Assembly (NCBI GenBank): GCA_039591275.1
Contig: JBDHDY010000001.1
Span: 1 to 43,898 of the forward strand
DNA: 43,898 nt
Reading direction: 5' to 3'
Source: Gemmatimonadota bacterium
GTDB taxonomy: Bacteria > Gemmatimonadota > Gemmatimonadetes > Gemmatimonadales > GWC2-71-9
This document shows positions 1 to 10,702 of the stretch, piece by piece (the first letter of the stretch is position 1; every line of letters starts with the position of its first letter). Below the pieces are notes generated by a model that was given only the letters and a program-made list of their open reading frames with translations, did not search any database and had not been told where the DNA came from. A program made the position numbers and the translations under genes.

Positions 1-556
1 TCGGCTGGACGACGATCTGTGCGGAGTCGAAGCCCACCTGACGCTCCACTTCACGAGCCAGATACGAGGAGACAGCCGTCACCCCCGCCGCACCTCGCAG
101 CACACGTTTAGCCAGCCATCTAGCCATGCTCGAGTGCTTTAGGAGTGCGACATCCGTCCCGTGTAGGGTCACGACGTACGGGCAGTTCGGACCGAGGCGG
201 GCCAGCCAGGCACCGAGGCCCCCGGGGACCCACCAGTGCGCGTGGACGAGCTCAACCGCAGCCTTGCGGCGCCGACGGGAAATCTCGCGCGCCTGCGATC
301 CGATGAGGCTAGCCACAGTGAGAGTCCCCAGCAGACCTCGTCCGCGCTCCACCATCGATCCGGTGTACGCGAGGGTCTCGTGAGATTTGGGGGCGTAACG
401 GACTTTGGACACTGACACGCCACGCTGCAGTTCGTGTCCGCCCTGTCCCCGATCTGCGGGTGCTATCACCTCGAGCGCGTGCCTGCGAGCCCTCAACGCG
501 ATTGCCAAACGCTCGACGAACGCACCCGCGGTCTCCACGCCATCTCGGGTAGGCAT
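1..556 (-). CDS. Glycosyltransferase family 4 (GT-B fold), N-terminal part only. The gene runs off the left edge of the window, and its 5' end looks frameshifted (see findings).
   Basis: Hand translation of the minus strand from ATG 556-554 stays open to position 1. It reads MPTRDGVETAGAFVERLAIALRARRHALEVIAPADRGQGGHELQRGVSVSKVRYAPKSHETLAYTGSMVERG...ELVHAHWWVPGGLGAWLARLGPNCPYVVTLHGTDVALLKHSSMAR...AREVERQVGFDSAQIVVQP, a typical GT4 N-domain pattern. It is absent from the ORF track because no stop codon lies inside the window. Confidence 0.7.
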   Translation of the reverse strand, partial: MPTRDGVETAGAFVERLAIALRARRHALEVIAPADRGQGGHELQRGVSVSKVRYAPKSHETLAYTGSMVERGRGLLGTLTVASLIGSQAREISRRRRKAAVELVHAHWWVPGGLGAWLARLGPNCPYVVTLHGTDVALLKHSSMARWLAKRVLRGAAGVTAVSSYLAREVERQVGFDSAQIVVQP

Positions 557-584
557 GCGTCACGAACAGAACGTTCATGCGGCG

Positions 585-1550
585 CTACATTTTGTCCCGC
601 TTGAGTTCGGCAACTAGGCGTTCCAGCGAGCGGTTCACGGCCCGAAGCTCGTCTCGTGATCCCGCGAGCATCTCCCCCACAAAGCCAAATCCGAACAGCG
701 CAACTCCAGTGATGACGAGCACCATTACGAGGTCCAGCAGCGGGCGGAAGCCAACGCCGTACCAAAATCGCAACACGAGCGCCGCTACACCAACTAGAAA
801 TCCCAAGGTGAATAGAATCCCGCCCGATACACCGAAGAACAGCATCGGTTTCCGGCCAAAGCGCAGCTGGAACCACACGGAGAGCAGATCTGTCAGGCCC
901 ACCGGGATGCGTCCAATACCGAATTTCGACTGGCCCGCTCGTCTTGGGAACAAGGTCACTGGCCTCTCCGCTACCCGAAATCCTTCCGCGTGAGCCATCA
1001 CGACCATAAAACGGTGCCAATCCGGGCGCGTTGGCATCACCTCGACCACCTCACGGCGGTAGGCCTTCACGGCGTTGAGATCGGTGACGCGCACTCCAAA
1101 GAGCCAGCGACAAAGCGCGTTGTAGACACCGGAGACGAACCTCTTGTCATAGTTGCCCTGCTTGGCTCCGGTAACCATCTCAACTTTGCCTGCGAGGATC
1201 GGCTCTACTAGTGATGGGATTTCACGAGGCGTGAACTGCAAGTCAGCCGGGTAGAAGACGAAAACATCTCCCCTAGCCACGTCGCCAGCAGATTTGAGGG
1301 CGTCCGCAATGCCGCGCTGGTTGCGATGGGTAACGATCCGCAGAAAACGGTGCTCCGATGCGAGCCCTCGTAGCACCTCCGCTGTACCATCAGCCGAGCC
1401 GTCGTCGACAACCACCAGCTCACATGCAAAAGTCGCGTCCCCCAACGCACTCACGAACTCTCGCACGAACTCCGGCAGATTCTCGGCTTCGTCCTTAGCA
1501 GGAACGAGAACACTGACGTCAACACCATCACTGGTCGATGCGAGGCTCAT
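585..1550 (-). CDS. Glycosyltransferase family 2, polyprenol-phosphate sugar transferase-like (DPM1/GtrB type) with C-terminal TM helices.
   Basis: 321-aa ORF. It has the GT2 pattern VSVLVPAKDEAENL...VVVDDGSADGT...YPADLQ and two hydrophobic C-terminal helices (MLFFGVSGGILFTLGFLVGVAALVL, LLDLVMVLVITGVALFGFGFV). Its start overlaps the rpoN stop by 4 nt. Confidence 0.8.
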   Translation of the reverse strand: MSLASTSDGVDVSVLVPAKDEAENLPEFVREFVSALGDATFACELVVVDDGSADGTAEVLRGLASEHRFLRIVTHRNQRGIADALKSAGDVARGDVFVFYPADLQFTPREIPSLVEPILAGKVEMVTGAKQGNYDKRFVSGVYNALCRWLFGVRVTDLNAVKAYRREVVEVMPTRPDWHRFMVVMAHAEGFRVAERPVTLFPRRAGQSKFGIGRIPVGLTDLLSVWFQLRFGRKPMLFFGVSGGILFTLGFLVGVAALVLRFWYGVGFRPLLDLVMVLVITGVALFGFGFVGEMLAGSRDELRAVNRSLERLVAELKRDKM

Positions 1551-3124
1551 ACCCTTTTGCGCATTCTAGCAGGCAGAATCCCCAGTTGATCACGGTACTT
1601 AGCGACTGTGCGTCGGGCGATGCGAATGCCACGTAGCTGGAGCGCGTTAACGATGTCCGAGTCGGTAAGGGGCTTTGAGGGAAGCTCATCAGCAACGAGC
1701 TTCCGAATCTGGGCCTTCACCGCACGTGCACTCGCATCCTCACCGGTCGTGGTACCAAGGCTGCTCGAGAAGAAGAACTTGAGAGGGAGCATGCCCCGTG
1801 GCGTTTGGACATACTTCTGATTGGTCACACGGCTCACGGTCGATTCGTGCATGCTGATGACGTCTGCCACCTCTCGCAATGTGAGTGGCTTCAGGTGTTC
1901 GACGCCCTTCTCGAAATAGTCCCGCTGTCTGTCAACGATGAAGTTCATGACCTTGAGCATGGTCTGGCGACGTTGCTCGATCGCCTGGATCAACCAGGTA
2001 GCTCCGTTCAATTTGTTGGTTATGAACTCGCGATTCTCTCCCACGAACTTCTTCTTGTCGCCTGCAATTTCCTGATAGATCTTACTGATCCGCAAGCGTG
2101 GCATGCCGGTGTCGTTGAGAAACACACGGTACTCACCGTCGATTTTCTCGACGAGCAGATCCGGTGTCACGTACCCATCGTCACTTTGGGAAAAACGGAG
2201 CCCCGGCTTTGGGTCGAGCTTTGCCAGCAGATCGGCGCCGTCCTGCACCTCTTTGGGATCGAGGCCGTAGCGCTTCGCTAAATCACTCCAACGGTGCTGG
2301 ATCAAGTCGTCGAATGCCTCAGACACGAGCCGGTAGGTGAGGGTCTCTTGCTGCCCGTCCTTCGCGAGCTGCAGGAGGAGGCATTCTCTGAGATTGCGGG
2401 CGCCAATACCAGGCGGATCGAGATCTTGGATGATCGCGAGAACCTCCTCGGCTTCGAGCAGCGTGTAGGGAGCAACGCTCGGCTCCTCGTCGTCCGGCGG
2501 CGCTTTCTTTCGCTCCCCCTCTTCCTCTAGCACACCTGTCGCACTGGAGTCTGCATCTGCCGGCGGCACCGCTTCTGACTCGGCGTCGGCATCGTGGTTC
2601 GTCGCCTCTTCTTCGAGCATCTGTCGTGCGGCCTCCAATATCTTGTTGGCCCCGTCGACGATCTCTTCTAGGGAGGCTTGCAGGTATCCGTCATCCGCGA
2701 TGTTGCCGATGAACTCTTCCGATAGAAAACGTTGCCGCGGCGTCAGCTCCAGCAGTAGCAGCTGCTCGCTCAAGTGATCCGAGAGACTCCGGACGCCAAC
2801 CGGTACTCGCTCGAACACCTCTCGCTCCTCGTATTCACCGCGAGATCCGCCAACCTGGAAACCATCGAGAATGATCTCCTCCCAGTCGATTTCATTCTCT
2901 TTTTCCGCCTGCTCCTGCTCTTGCTCCTGCGTTGCCGTTTCTGCCGCCAGCTCCTCGTCTTCCGCCTCAACCATTTCGAGGAACGGATTTGTCAGCAGTT
3001 CTGTCTTCAGATGTTGTTGCAGGTCGAGTTGCGGCATGTAGAGCAAATCCATGGCCTGATACAGGCGCGGATTCATCCGCATCTCCTGCCGCATCACCGC
3101 CGCCTGCTGGAGCGAAGTCTTCAT
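1547..3124 (-). CDS. rpoN: RNA polymerase sigma-54 factor.
   Basis: 525 aa. Region I is Gln/Leu-rich (MRQEMRMNPRLYQAMDLLYMPQLDLQQHL), followed by an acidic region II. The C-terminus carries the HTH and the RpoN box ARRTVAKYR. It sits directly downstream of lptB, which is the classical position. Confidence 0.95.
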   Translation of the reverse strand: MKTSLQQAAVMRQEMRMNPRLYQAMDLLYMPQLDLQQHLKTELLTNPFLEMVEAEDEELAAETATQEQEQEQAEKENEIDWEEIILDGFQVGGSRGEYEEREVFERVPVGVRSLSDHLSEQLLLLELTPRQRFLSEEFIGNIADDGYLQASLEEIVDGANKILEAARQMLEEEATNHDADAESEAVPPADADSSATGVLEEEGERKKAPPDDEEPSVAPYTLLEAEEVLAIIQDLDPPGIGARNLRECLLLQLAKDGQQETLTYRLVSEAFDDLIQHRWSDLAKRYGLDPKEVQDGADLLAKLDPKPGLRFSQSDDGYVTPDLLVEKIDGEYRVFLNDTGMPRLRISKIYQEIAGDKKKFVGENREFITNKLNGATWLIQAIEQRRQTMLKVMNFIVDRQRDYFEKGVEHLKPLTLREVADVISMHESTVSRVTNQKYVQTPRGMLPLKFFFSSSLGTTTGEDASARAVKAQIRKLVADELPSKPLTDSDIVNALQLRGIRIARRTVAKYRDQLGILPARMRKRV

Positions 3125-4311
3125 ACCGAGGCTCCCAGGCGCTCCCGAAGTCTTGCCGTCAGCGTCGGACCCAGGTAGAGATCGGCGACCCGGTCGTCAA
3201 GCACCAGGTCCCGCACCGATCCCGAGACCTGCACTTGGCCCTCGAACATGATGTACGCGCGATCCACGATATCGAGCGTCTGTTCTACGTTGTGGTCCGT
3301 GATCAATACGCCGATACCGCGACGCCGCAGCCCGGCCACAATGGTCTGGATATCATGGACGGCGATAGGATCTACCCCCGCAAATGGCTCGTCCAGGAGC
3401 ATGAACTTCGGCTCAGTGACCAACGCGCGGGTGATCTCGAGCCGCCGCCGCTCCCCTCCGGACAGATTATATGCCGCCACATGACGCAGATGCTTGATCG
3501 AGAGCTCGTCGAGAAGTGAGTCAAGCCGCTGGTGTCTCTCGTCATCGTTCAGCTTCAGGGTCTCGAGAATCGCCATGACATTTCCTTCGACAGAAAGCTT
3601 CCGAAAGACCGAGGGCTCCTGGGCAAGATATCCAATGCCCCGCCTGGCCCGCTTGTACATTGGCAGCCCCGAGATGCTCTGCCCGTCGATGAAAATGTCT
3701 CCCTCGTCTGGACGAATCAGTCCTACGATCATGTAGAAAGATGTTGTCTTCCCCGCACCATTCGGACCCAGCAACCCGACGATCTCGCCCTGACGCACCT
3801 CAACGTCCACCTGGTCCACCACACGACGACGTTTGTAGATCTTGGTGATGCCTCGAGCGGACAATGTGCTACCCCACCCATCCTCACCGGGAGGCACATG
3901 ACCGGTGGCCTCAGAGCTGTGCACCGCCTCCTGGGAGATATCCATCAACACGTCACGGGCGGTTTGGACATCGGCGTGAACGATGTCGTGCAACTCACTT
4001 GAGAGTCGAATGACTGTCTCCGTATCCAAGTTGTCCGGCAGCGGCTCGAGCACTCCTGCGGTTGCCAACCTAGGAAGCACCGACCGTTCCAGATGGCGCC
4101 GCACTTCATCGACCGACAGGGCGCCACCTACTTGTCCGATGTCCCCGCGATCTTCCCGGTGCAGTTCGAGATGGTCTTCACGATACACCACAGCCATTTC
4201 GCCAAACGTCGGAGAACGATTCTCCAGCACACAGCGCAGCAAGGCTGCGATCGCCAGCGACTGCGAGGCACCTTTACCCTTGAACCGAGTATGCAGTTCG
4301 ACGTTCATCAC
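3121..4311 (-). CDS. lptB: LPS export ABC transporter ATP-binding protein LptB, carrying an unrecognised N-terminal extension of about 148 aa.
   Basis: Residues from about 149 to 396 match LptB end to end: Walker A GPNGAGKTT, signature LSGGERRR, Walker B FMLLDEPFAGVDP and H-loop ITDHN. The ORF is open up to GTG 4311 / ATG 4308, which overlaps the stop codon of the upstream lptA-like gene (TGATG). An alternative internal ATG lies at 3945. Confidence 0.85.
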   Translation of the reverse strand: MMNVELHTRFKGKGASQSLAIAALLRCVLENRSPTFGEMAVVYREDHLELHREDRGDIGQVGGALSVDEVRRHLERSVLPRLATAGVLEPLPDNLDTETVIRLSSELHDIVHADVQTARDVLMDISQEAVHSSEATGHVPPGEDGWGSTLSARGITKIYKRRRVVDQVDVEVRQGEIVGLLGPNGAGKTTSFYMIVGLIRPDEGDIFIDGQSISGLPMYKRARRGIGYLAQEPSVFRKLSVEGNVMAILETLKLNDDERHQRLDSLLDELSIKHLRHVAAYNLSGGERRRLEITRALVTEPKFMLLDEPFAGVDPIAVHDIQTIVAGLRRRGIGVLITDHNVEQTLDIVDRAYIMFEGQVQVSGSVRDLVLDDRVADLYLGPTLTARLRERLGASV

Positions 4312-5588
4312 GGTACTCGTTGAGGGACCGGCTCAACGTGGACGCCGTCCGCTTCGCCCACGACATCGACCTGCCGCACACCGAACGCAGCAAAGCTCGC
4401 CAAGATCCTCGAACCTCGGGAGTAGTTGATGTCCGGCGGGACATCGACTTGGAGGGGATCGTAGATCCGGTAGAAGGCCTGTGCATTCCCTGTCGCCTCC
4501 AACTCAACCAGTACCCGCTGACCGGTCGCCGTGGTGTCAAAGCGTGCCACCACGGTGTCGCCAGCCACCCAATCCGGATCCGTGTCGGCACTGTCACGCG
4601 ACGAAAGAGCGCGGGCCAGACCATAACCCCGCACCTCTGTGAGTTCCTGATCGGGGGCATCCACTACCAACGAATCCGCGATGAGGGTGTATGCGTCAGA
4701 TTCCGCCGTCGAGCGTGTTGAATCTCCCCACGCAGTCCCACCTTGAATTGCTCCGTCGAAGAGGGAAAACTCCACCGTGTCCGAGCGGATGTGCCAGTCG
4801 GCGCTCTGTGCCTTCGCTTGACGAACCGCCTGAACCCAGCTCAGCTCATTGTCGATAAAGGAGAAAGCGATTTCGTCACCGGATAGGCTAAACGCATCGA
4901 GGTCGCCGCTCTGGACCTCGGCTTTACCTATCAGCAGTCCTTCACCCGCTTCCAATCTCAGCTGCGCACTGTCGCCTGTGGCGTGGAAGTCGCTTCGATC
5001 TATCGTCACGTTGCCCCAGGCGAAGGCTACGTCACTGCCGTAGAGCCGCACTTGGTCTCCGATAACGATGTACGGTTCCGCCCCCGCCGTATCGCTGGCA
5101 GATCGATACTCAACCGTCGGTCGGTTGTTCGCAAAGAGCTCCGTCTCCTCGCGAAGGCCGGCTACGCTGCGGAAGTACGTGAGGTTCGGACCCGTCAGAA
5201 CCGAGCCAGTCTCAAGATTGACGAGCCGTACATTGTCGTACGCCTCAAGTCGCTCATCGACAAAGAAATATGACGAACGATCGGAATCGAGCGTGACCGT
5301 GGAATCACGGAACCGGACATCACCGAACAGGTCAAACTGTAGCCGGTCGGAATAGTACGCGATCGAATCCGCCTGCATCGACGTCGTCTGGCCCTCGCAG
5401 TGCGCGCCGACTCCTCCTCCCGCAAACTGCCCTTCGCGACCACCACCATAATCAACCTGTCGCCAGGTGCCCGCACTATCGAGCACGACAGTGCACGGGC
5501 GAGCTTCCTGCGCCGCAACGGCACGTGGCATCAGCCCCAGGATCCAGACGGCCAGTAGGGTGAGCATCGAGCATCGCGTGATCGTCAT
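4308..5588 (-). CDS. lptA: OstA/LptA-family periplasmic LPS-transport protein, an elongated 426-aa form.
   Basis: Signal peptide MTITRCSMLTLLAVWILGLMPRAVAAQ. Repeated beta-strand-rich OstA-like segments follow (ADSIAYYSDRLQFDLFGDVRFRD..., NVRLVN...LTGPNLTYF...). It lies between lptC and lptB. Confidence 0.6.
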   Translation of the reverse strand: MTITRCSMLTLLAVWILGLMPRAVAAQEARPCTVVLDSAGTWRQVDYGGGREGQFAGGGVGAHCEGQTTSMQADSIAYYSDRLQFDLFGDVRFRDSTVTLDSDRSSYFFVDERLEAYDNVRLVNLETGSVLTGPNLTYFRSVAGLREETELFANNRPTVEYRSASDTAGAEPYIVIGDQVRLYGSDVAFAWGNVTIDRSDFHATGDSAQLRLEAGEGLLIGKAEVQSGDLDAFSLSGDEIAFSFIDNELSWVQAVRQAKAQSADWHIRSDTVEFSLFDGAIQGGTAWGDSTRSTAESDAYTLIADSLVVDAPDQELTEVRGYGLARALSSRDSADTDPDWVAGDTVVARFDTTATGQRVLVELEATGNAQAFYRIYDPLQVDVPPDINYSRGSRILASFAAFGVRQVDVVGEADGVHVEPVPQRVP

Positions 5589-6130
5589 TGGTTCCCTGGG
5601 TTGATTCGACCCACCGTGCCCCGTGGGTTCGTCGCCGTCACGCTGGAGAAATCGGGATCCGCTGTGAACGCGGTTCCCTCCAGATGCCGGCCGGGTTCAT
5701 CGAACACGAACGCCTCCGGCCCTGTGAGCTCATCGGAGGAGGGGTCGTATCTCAGAATGGTCGTCGTCAGCCGCTTGCCATCGGGCGTCACGCCGACGAC
5801 GTCCCCTCGAGCCTCCATCTCAGCAGTACGCCATCGATAGGTGCCTTCATTCGCGTCGATGGTCGAGCTCTCCTCTCCTTGCGCACCGAAGAAAACGACC
5901 GTCAGTGTGAACAACTCCGCCAACTGCGATGCCTCATAGAAGTACGCGCTGTCCGCTTCCACCCTAGCCCTGAGCACTCCGTCATGGGTCAGCGTGTGGA
6001 TCAACCCGTACACCACCTGGTCGGCCGTGTCTGCGCCGGTCACAGTAGTGGGCGGCTGCTGCGGTCCGGAACAACCTAGGGCCACCGCACCGTAGATACC
6101 CAGTAGCAATACGGTGAGTCTAAAAGGCAC
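5585..6130 (-). CDS. lptC: LptC-family LPS export protein with a lipoprotein-type signal.
   Basis: 181 aa. A lipobox-like AVALGC follows the hydrophobic N-terminus. The size, the beta-rich composition and the position between kdsC and lptA fit the canonical kdsC-lptC-lptA-lptB order. Confidence 0.6.
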   Translation of the reverse strand: MPFRLTVLLLGIYGAVALGCSGPQQPPTTVTGADTADQVVYGLIHTLTHDGVLRARVEADSAYFYEASQLAELFTLTVVFFGAQGEESSTIDANEGTYRWRTAEMEARGDVVGVTPDGKRLTTTILRYDPSSDELTGPEAFVFDEPGRHLEGTAFTADPDFSSVTATNPRGTVGRINPGNQ

Positions 6131-6677
6131 GGCTCACCCTCCGCGATGTCTCACCGCGTTCGGCAAGATATCGCTCCACCAATCCGTCCCACTCTCCCCG
6201 CGCTTTGAGCAAGGCTTCCGCAAACTCCCGCACCGCTCCTCGCCCACCTGGTGCGTCAGTAATGTAGTACGCCAGCTTTTGCACCTCAGGCACTGCATTT
6301 CTCACGGCTACCGGAAGGGCAACTCTCGCGAGGAGGGGAAGGTCGGGCAGATCATCGCCCATGAAAGCCGCATGTTCAAAGGTCATACCTTCACGCGAGA
6401 GAATTTGCTCGAACGCGGGAAGTTTCCTGGCAAGATCATCCTGTACCACTTCGTCAACGCCAACCTCCTCCGCTCGTACCCGAGTGGCGTCCGAAACGCG
6501 CCCCGACACCAACACGACCTTGATCTCTGCAGTCCTCATCAATAGGATCCCGATGCCATCCTGGATGTCAAACCGCTTGAGCTCCACGGGTTGGCTTCCC
6601 GACGCCCCCACGTAAATGCCTCCATCCGTGAGTACACCGTCCACGTCCAGGCCGACGATGCGGATCCGACGGGCCAT
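6120..6677 (-). CDS. kdsC: 3-deoxy-D-manno-octulosonate 8-phosphate phosphatase (HAD family).
   Basis: HAD motif I is GLDVDGVLTDG, with KRFDIQDGIGI and the late motif GDDLPDLP. The ORF track starts at 6743, but that start overlaps kdsA. ATG 6677 (MARRIRIVGLDVDG) lies 8 nt after the kdsA stop and is the more likely start. Confidence 0.85.
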   Translation of the reverse strand: MARRIRIVGLDVDGVLTDGGIYVGASGSQPVELKRFDIQDGIGILLMRTAEIKVVLVSGRVSDATRVRAEEVGVDEVVQDDLARKLPAFEQILSREGMTFEHAAFMGDDLPDLPLLARVALPVAVRNAVPEVQKLAYYITDAPGGRGAVREFAEALLKARGEWDGLVERYLAERGETSRRVSRAF

Positions 6678-6684
6678 CAGTGGT

Positions 6685-9197
<2,513 letters not shown>

Positions 9198-9593
9198 TCA
9201 ATGTATCTCCAGCAAGGCACAATGGGTCTGTGAGGGGCCCCACAGCATCTGATCCAACCGACCGGCCGCCGCCACGGCTCAATTCGCCTGCCCCCACACC
9301 GTACACCATCAAGCCGCCACGGCATGTCGTTCCACCCCATCCCCGGCTGGCGGATGGAGGATTCGACTCAAGGGCTGTGGAGGCAGGTTTGGAGGGTTTG
9401 ATCCAATCGGCTCTGGTGGCTCCGAACCGAATCCGCGGCTGGCCCCCAACACACAGGAGGAAATCTGCCGTGAGTCTGGTGGATCCGGCCGAGGGCGGGA
9501 TCACGCAGATGGCTGGCATGTATGAAAATACCAGGCCACCGATTCCCTGTCAAAAGTCGTGCCGCGGCGCGGACCCCAAGGGACACTTGTCGT

Positions 9594-9622
9594 ATCATAA
9601 TGCATTATTTGGCTTTAGAGAA
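9594..9622 (-). promoter_or_regulatory. Weak sigma-70-like promoter candidate: TTCTCT, 17 nt, TATGAT.
   Basis: The minus strand reads TTCTCT(9622-9617)-AAAGCCAAATAATGCAT-TATGAT(9599-9594) inside the only AT-rich island of the gap. The -35 element is poor. Confidence 0.3.
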
Positions 9623-9644
9623 CCGGCCGGTAGGCGGTGGGCCA

Positions 9645-9677
9645 GGCAGAAGGGGCAGAAAGGGGCAGGAGAGGCAG
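9645..9677. repeat. Four GGCAG cores at 9-10 nt spacing within a G-rich tract.
   Basis: GGCAG occurs at 9645, 9654, 9664 and 9673 (GGCAGAAGG GGCAGAAAGG GGCAGGAGA GGCAGGTGG), just downstream of the xerD-like stop. Confidence 0.6.
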
Positions 9678-9733
9678 GTGGGGGAACGGTCCGCCCGTCT
9701 GCCGGCCCCGCCGGGGTGTGGAGCGGGGCGGGG

Positions 9734-10702
9734 CTACGCTCTCGGGTGGAAGCTCTTGTGCACGGTTCGTAGGTACTCCCTGTCCACATGGGTATAGATC
9801 TGCGTGGTGGACAGATCTGCGTGACCCAGCATCTCCTGCACCGCGCGAAGGTCAGCGCCCCCCTCGAGGAGGTGGGTGGCAAAGGTGTGCCGCAGGGTGT
9901 GGGGAGTGACTCGCTTGGGGATCGCGGCCCGCTTAGCGTGACGTTTGACGATCTCCCACGCCCCAACGCGACTGAGCGGCCGCCCCCGGGCATTTAGCAC
10001 GAATCGGCCCTCAGTATGCCCACGATCCAGCCGCGGCCGAATCTCGCGCGCGTACACTGCCGCCGCTCCCAGGGCTCGTCGACCGACCGGCACGAGACGC
10101 TCCTTGTCTCCCTTTCCGAGCACCCGGATCAGAGCATCGTCAAACCACACATCTGCCACGGCCAGGCCCACGAGCTCCGAAACCCGAACCCCGGTAGCGT
10201 ACGCCAGCTCTAGGAGGGCCCGATCACGCCAGGCCAGGGGCTCGTCGGGATTGGGCGAAGACAGGAGGGCTTCGATCTCGTTGACGGAGAGAACGTCGGG
10301 TAGACTCCGCCACCCCTTGGGGATCTCCAACTGAGCACTCGGATCGTCCCCACTATGCCCTTCCCCGACCAAGAACCGGTAGTAGGTCCGGATCGCAGAC
10401 ACCTGCCTCCGAATACTGGATGGCGCGAGACCTAGGTCCTTGAGGTGGTAGATGAAATCCCGCAGTAGCTTGGGCGTCACGCGGGGAGGGGCGTCAATCC
10501 CTCTGGAGGCGAGAAATGCGATGAGGCGTCGAAGGTCCCGGCAGTAATTCTCCACCGTGTTGGGACGGTTGCCTGCCTCCAGGTACAGGTAATCTTGGAA
10601 CCCCTCCAGCCAAAAAGCCTGGTCGGGCGGCTGAGGTTTCACCGCCTGGCCCCTCGCACCCACGGCCACGGCCTCCAGGGCTTTCTCCTCCAGAAAAGCC
10701 AC
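9734..10702 (-). CDS. xerD: Tyrosine-type site-specific recombinase, XerC/XerD family.
   Basis: 322 aa. An N-terminal SAM-like domain (YLYLEAGNRPNTVENYCRDLRRL) precedes the catalytic region LRHTFATHLLEGGADLRAVQEMLGHADLSTTQIYTHV. The protein ends in HPRA, as E. coli XerD does. The choice between XerC and XerD is not secure. Confidence 0.85.
   Translation of the reverse strand: MAFLEEKALEAVAVGARGQAVKPQPPDQAFWLEGFQDYLYLEAGNRPNTVENYCRDLRRLIAFLASRGIDAPPRVTPKLLRDFIYHLKDLGLAPSSIRRQVSAIRTYYRFLVGEGHSGDDPSAQLEIPKGWRSLPDVLSVNEIEALLSSPNPDEPLAWRDRALLELAYATGVRVSELVGLAVADVWFDDALIRVLGKGDKERLVPVGRRALGAAAVYAREIRPRLDRGHTEGRFVLNARGRPLSRVGAWEIVKRHAKRAAIPKRVTPHTLRHTFATHLLEGGADLRAVQEMLGHADLSTTQIYTHVDREYLRTVHKSFHPRA

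Noticed and set aside
9359-9482. tmRNA-like fragments. GGATTCGAC occurs on the plus strand (9359-9367). Two CCACCA strings occur on the minus strand (plus-strand tggtgg at 9414-9419 and 9477-9482). A GGGGGCC...GGATTCGG stretch follows one CCACCA, which briefly suggested a circularly permuted ssrA gene.
   Set aside because: I could not build a T-arm (no GGTTCGA.TCC-type loop with flanking stems). The 7-nt strands flanking the candidate ends do not form an acceptor stem with a G3:U70 pair. I found no tag reading frame ending in an ...ALAA-like peptide plus stop. The matches are short and expected by chance in GC-rich DNA.
9514-9530. A sigma-54 -24-like element, TGGCAT, on the plus strand. A similar TGGCAC occurs at 22155-22160, and rpoN is encoded in the window.
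   Set aside because: Neither site has a TTGC/GC -12 element at the required spacing. Neither is oriented toward a downstream gene start.
9734-10702. The tyrosine recombinase as a possible marker of an integrated mobile element.
   Set aside because: The sequence is XerC/XerD-like throughout, including the C-terminal HPRA ending. The flanking genes are housekeeping (pyrG, dedA, ispF). I saw no flanking direct repeats, tRNA target, or phage or IS genes.
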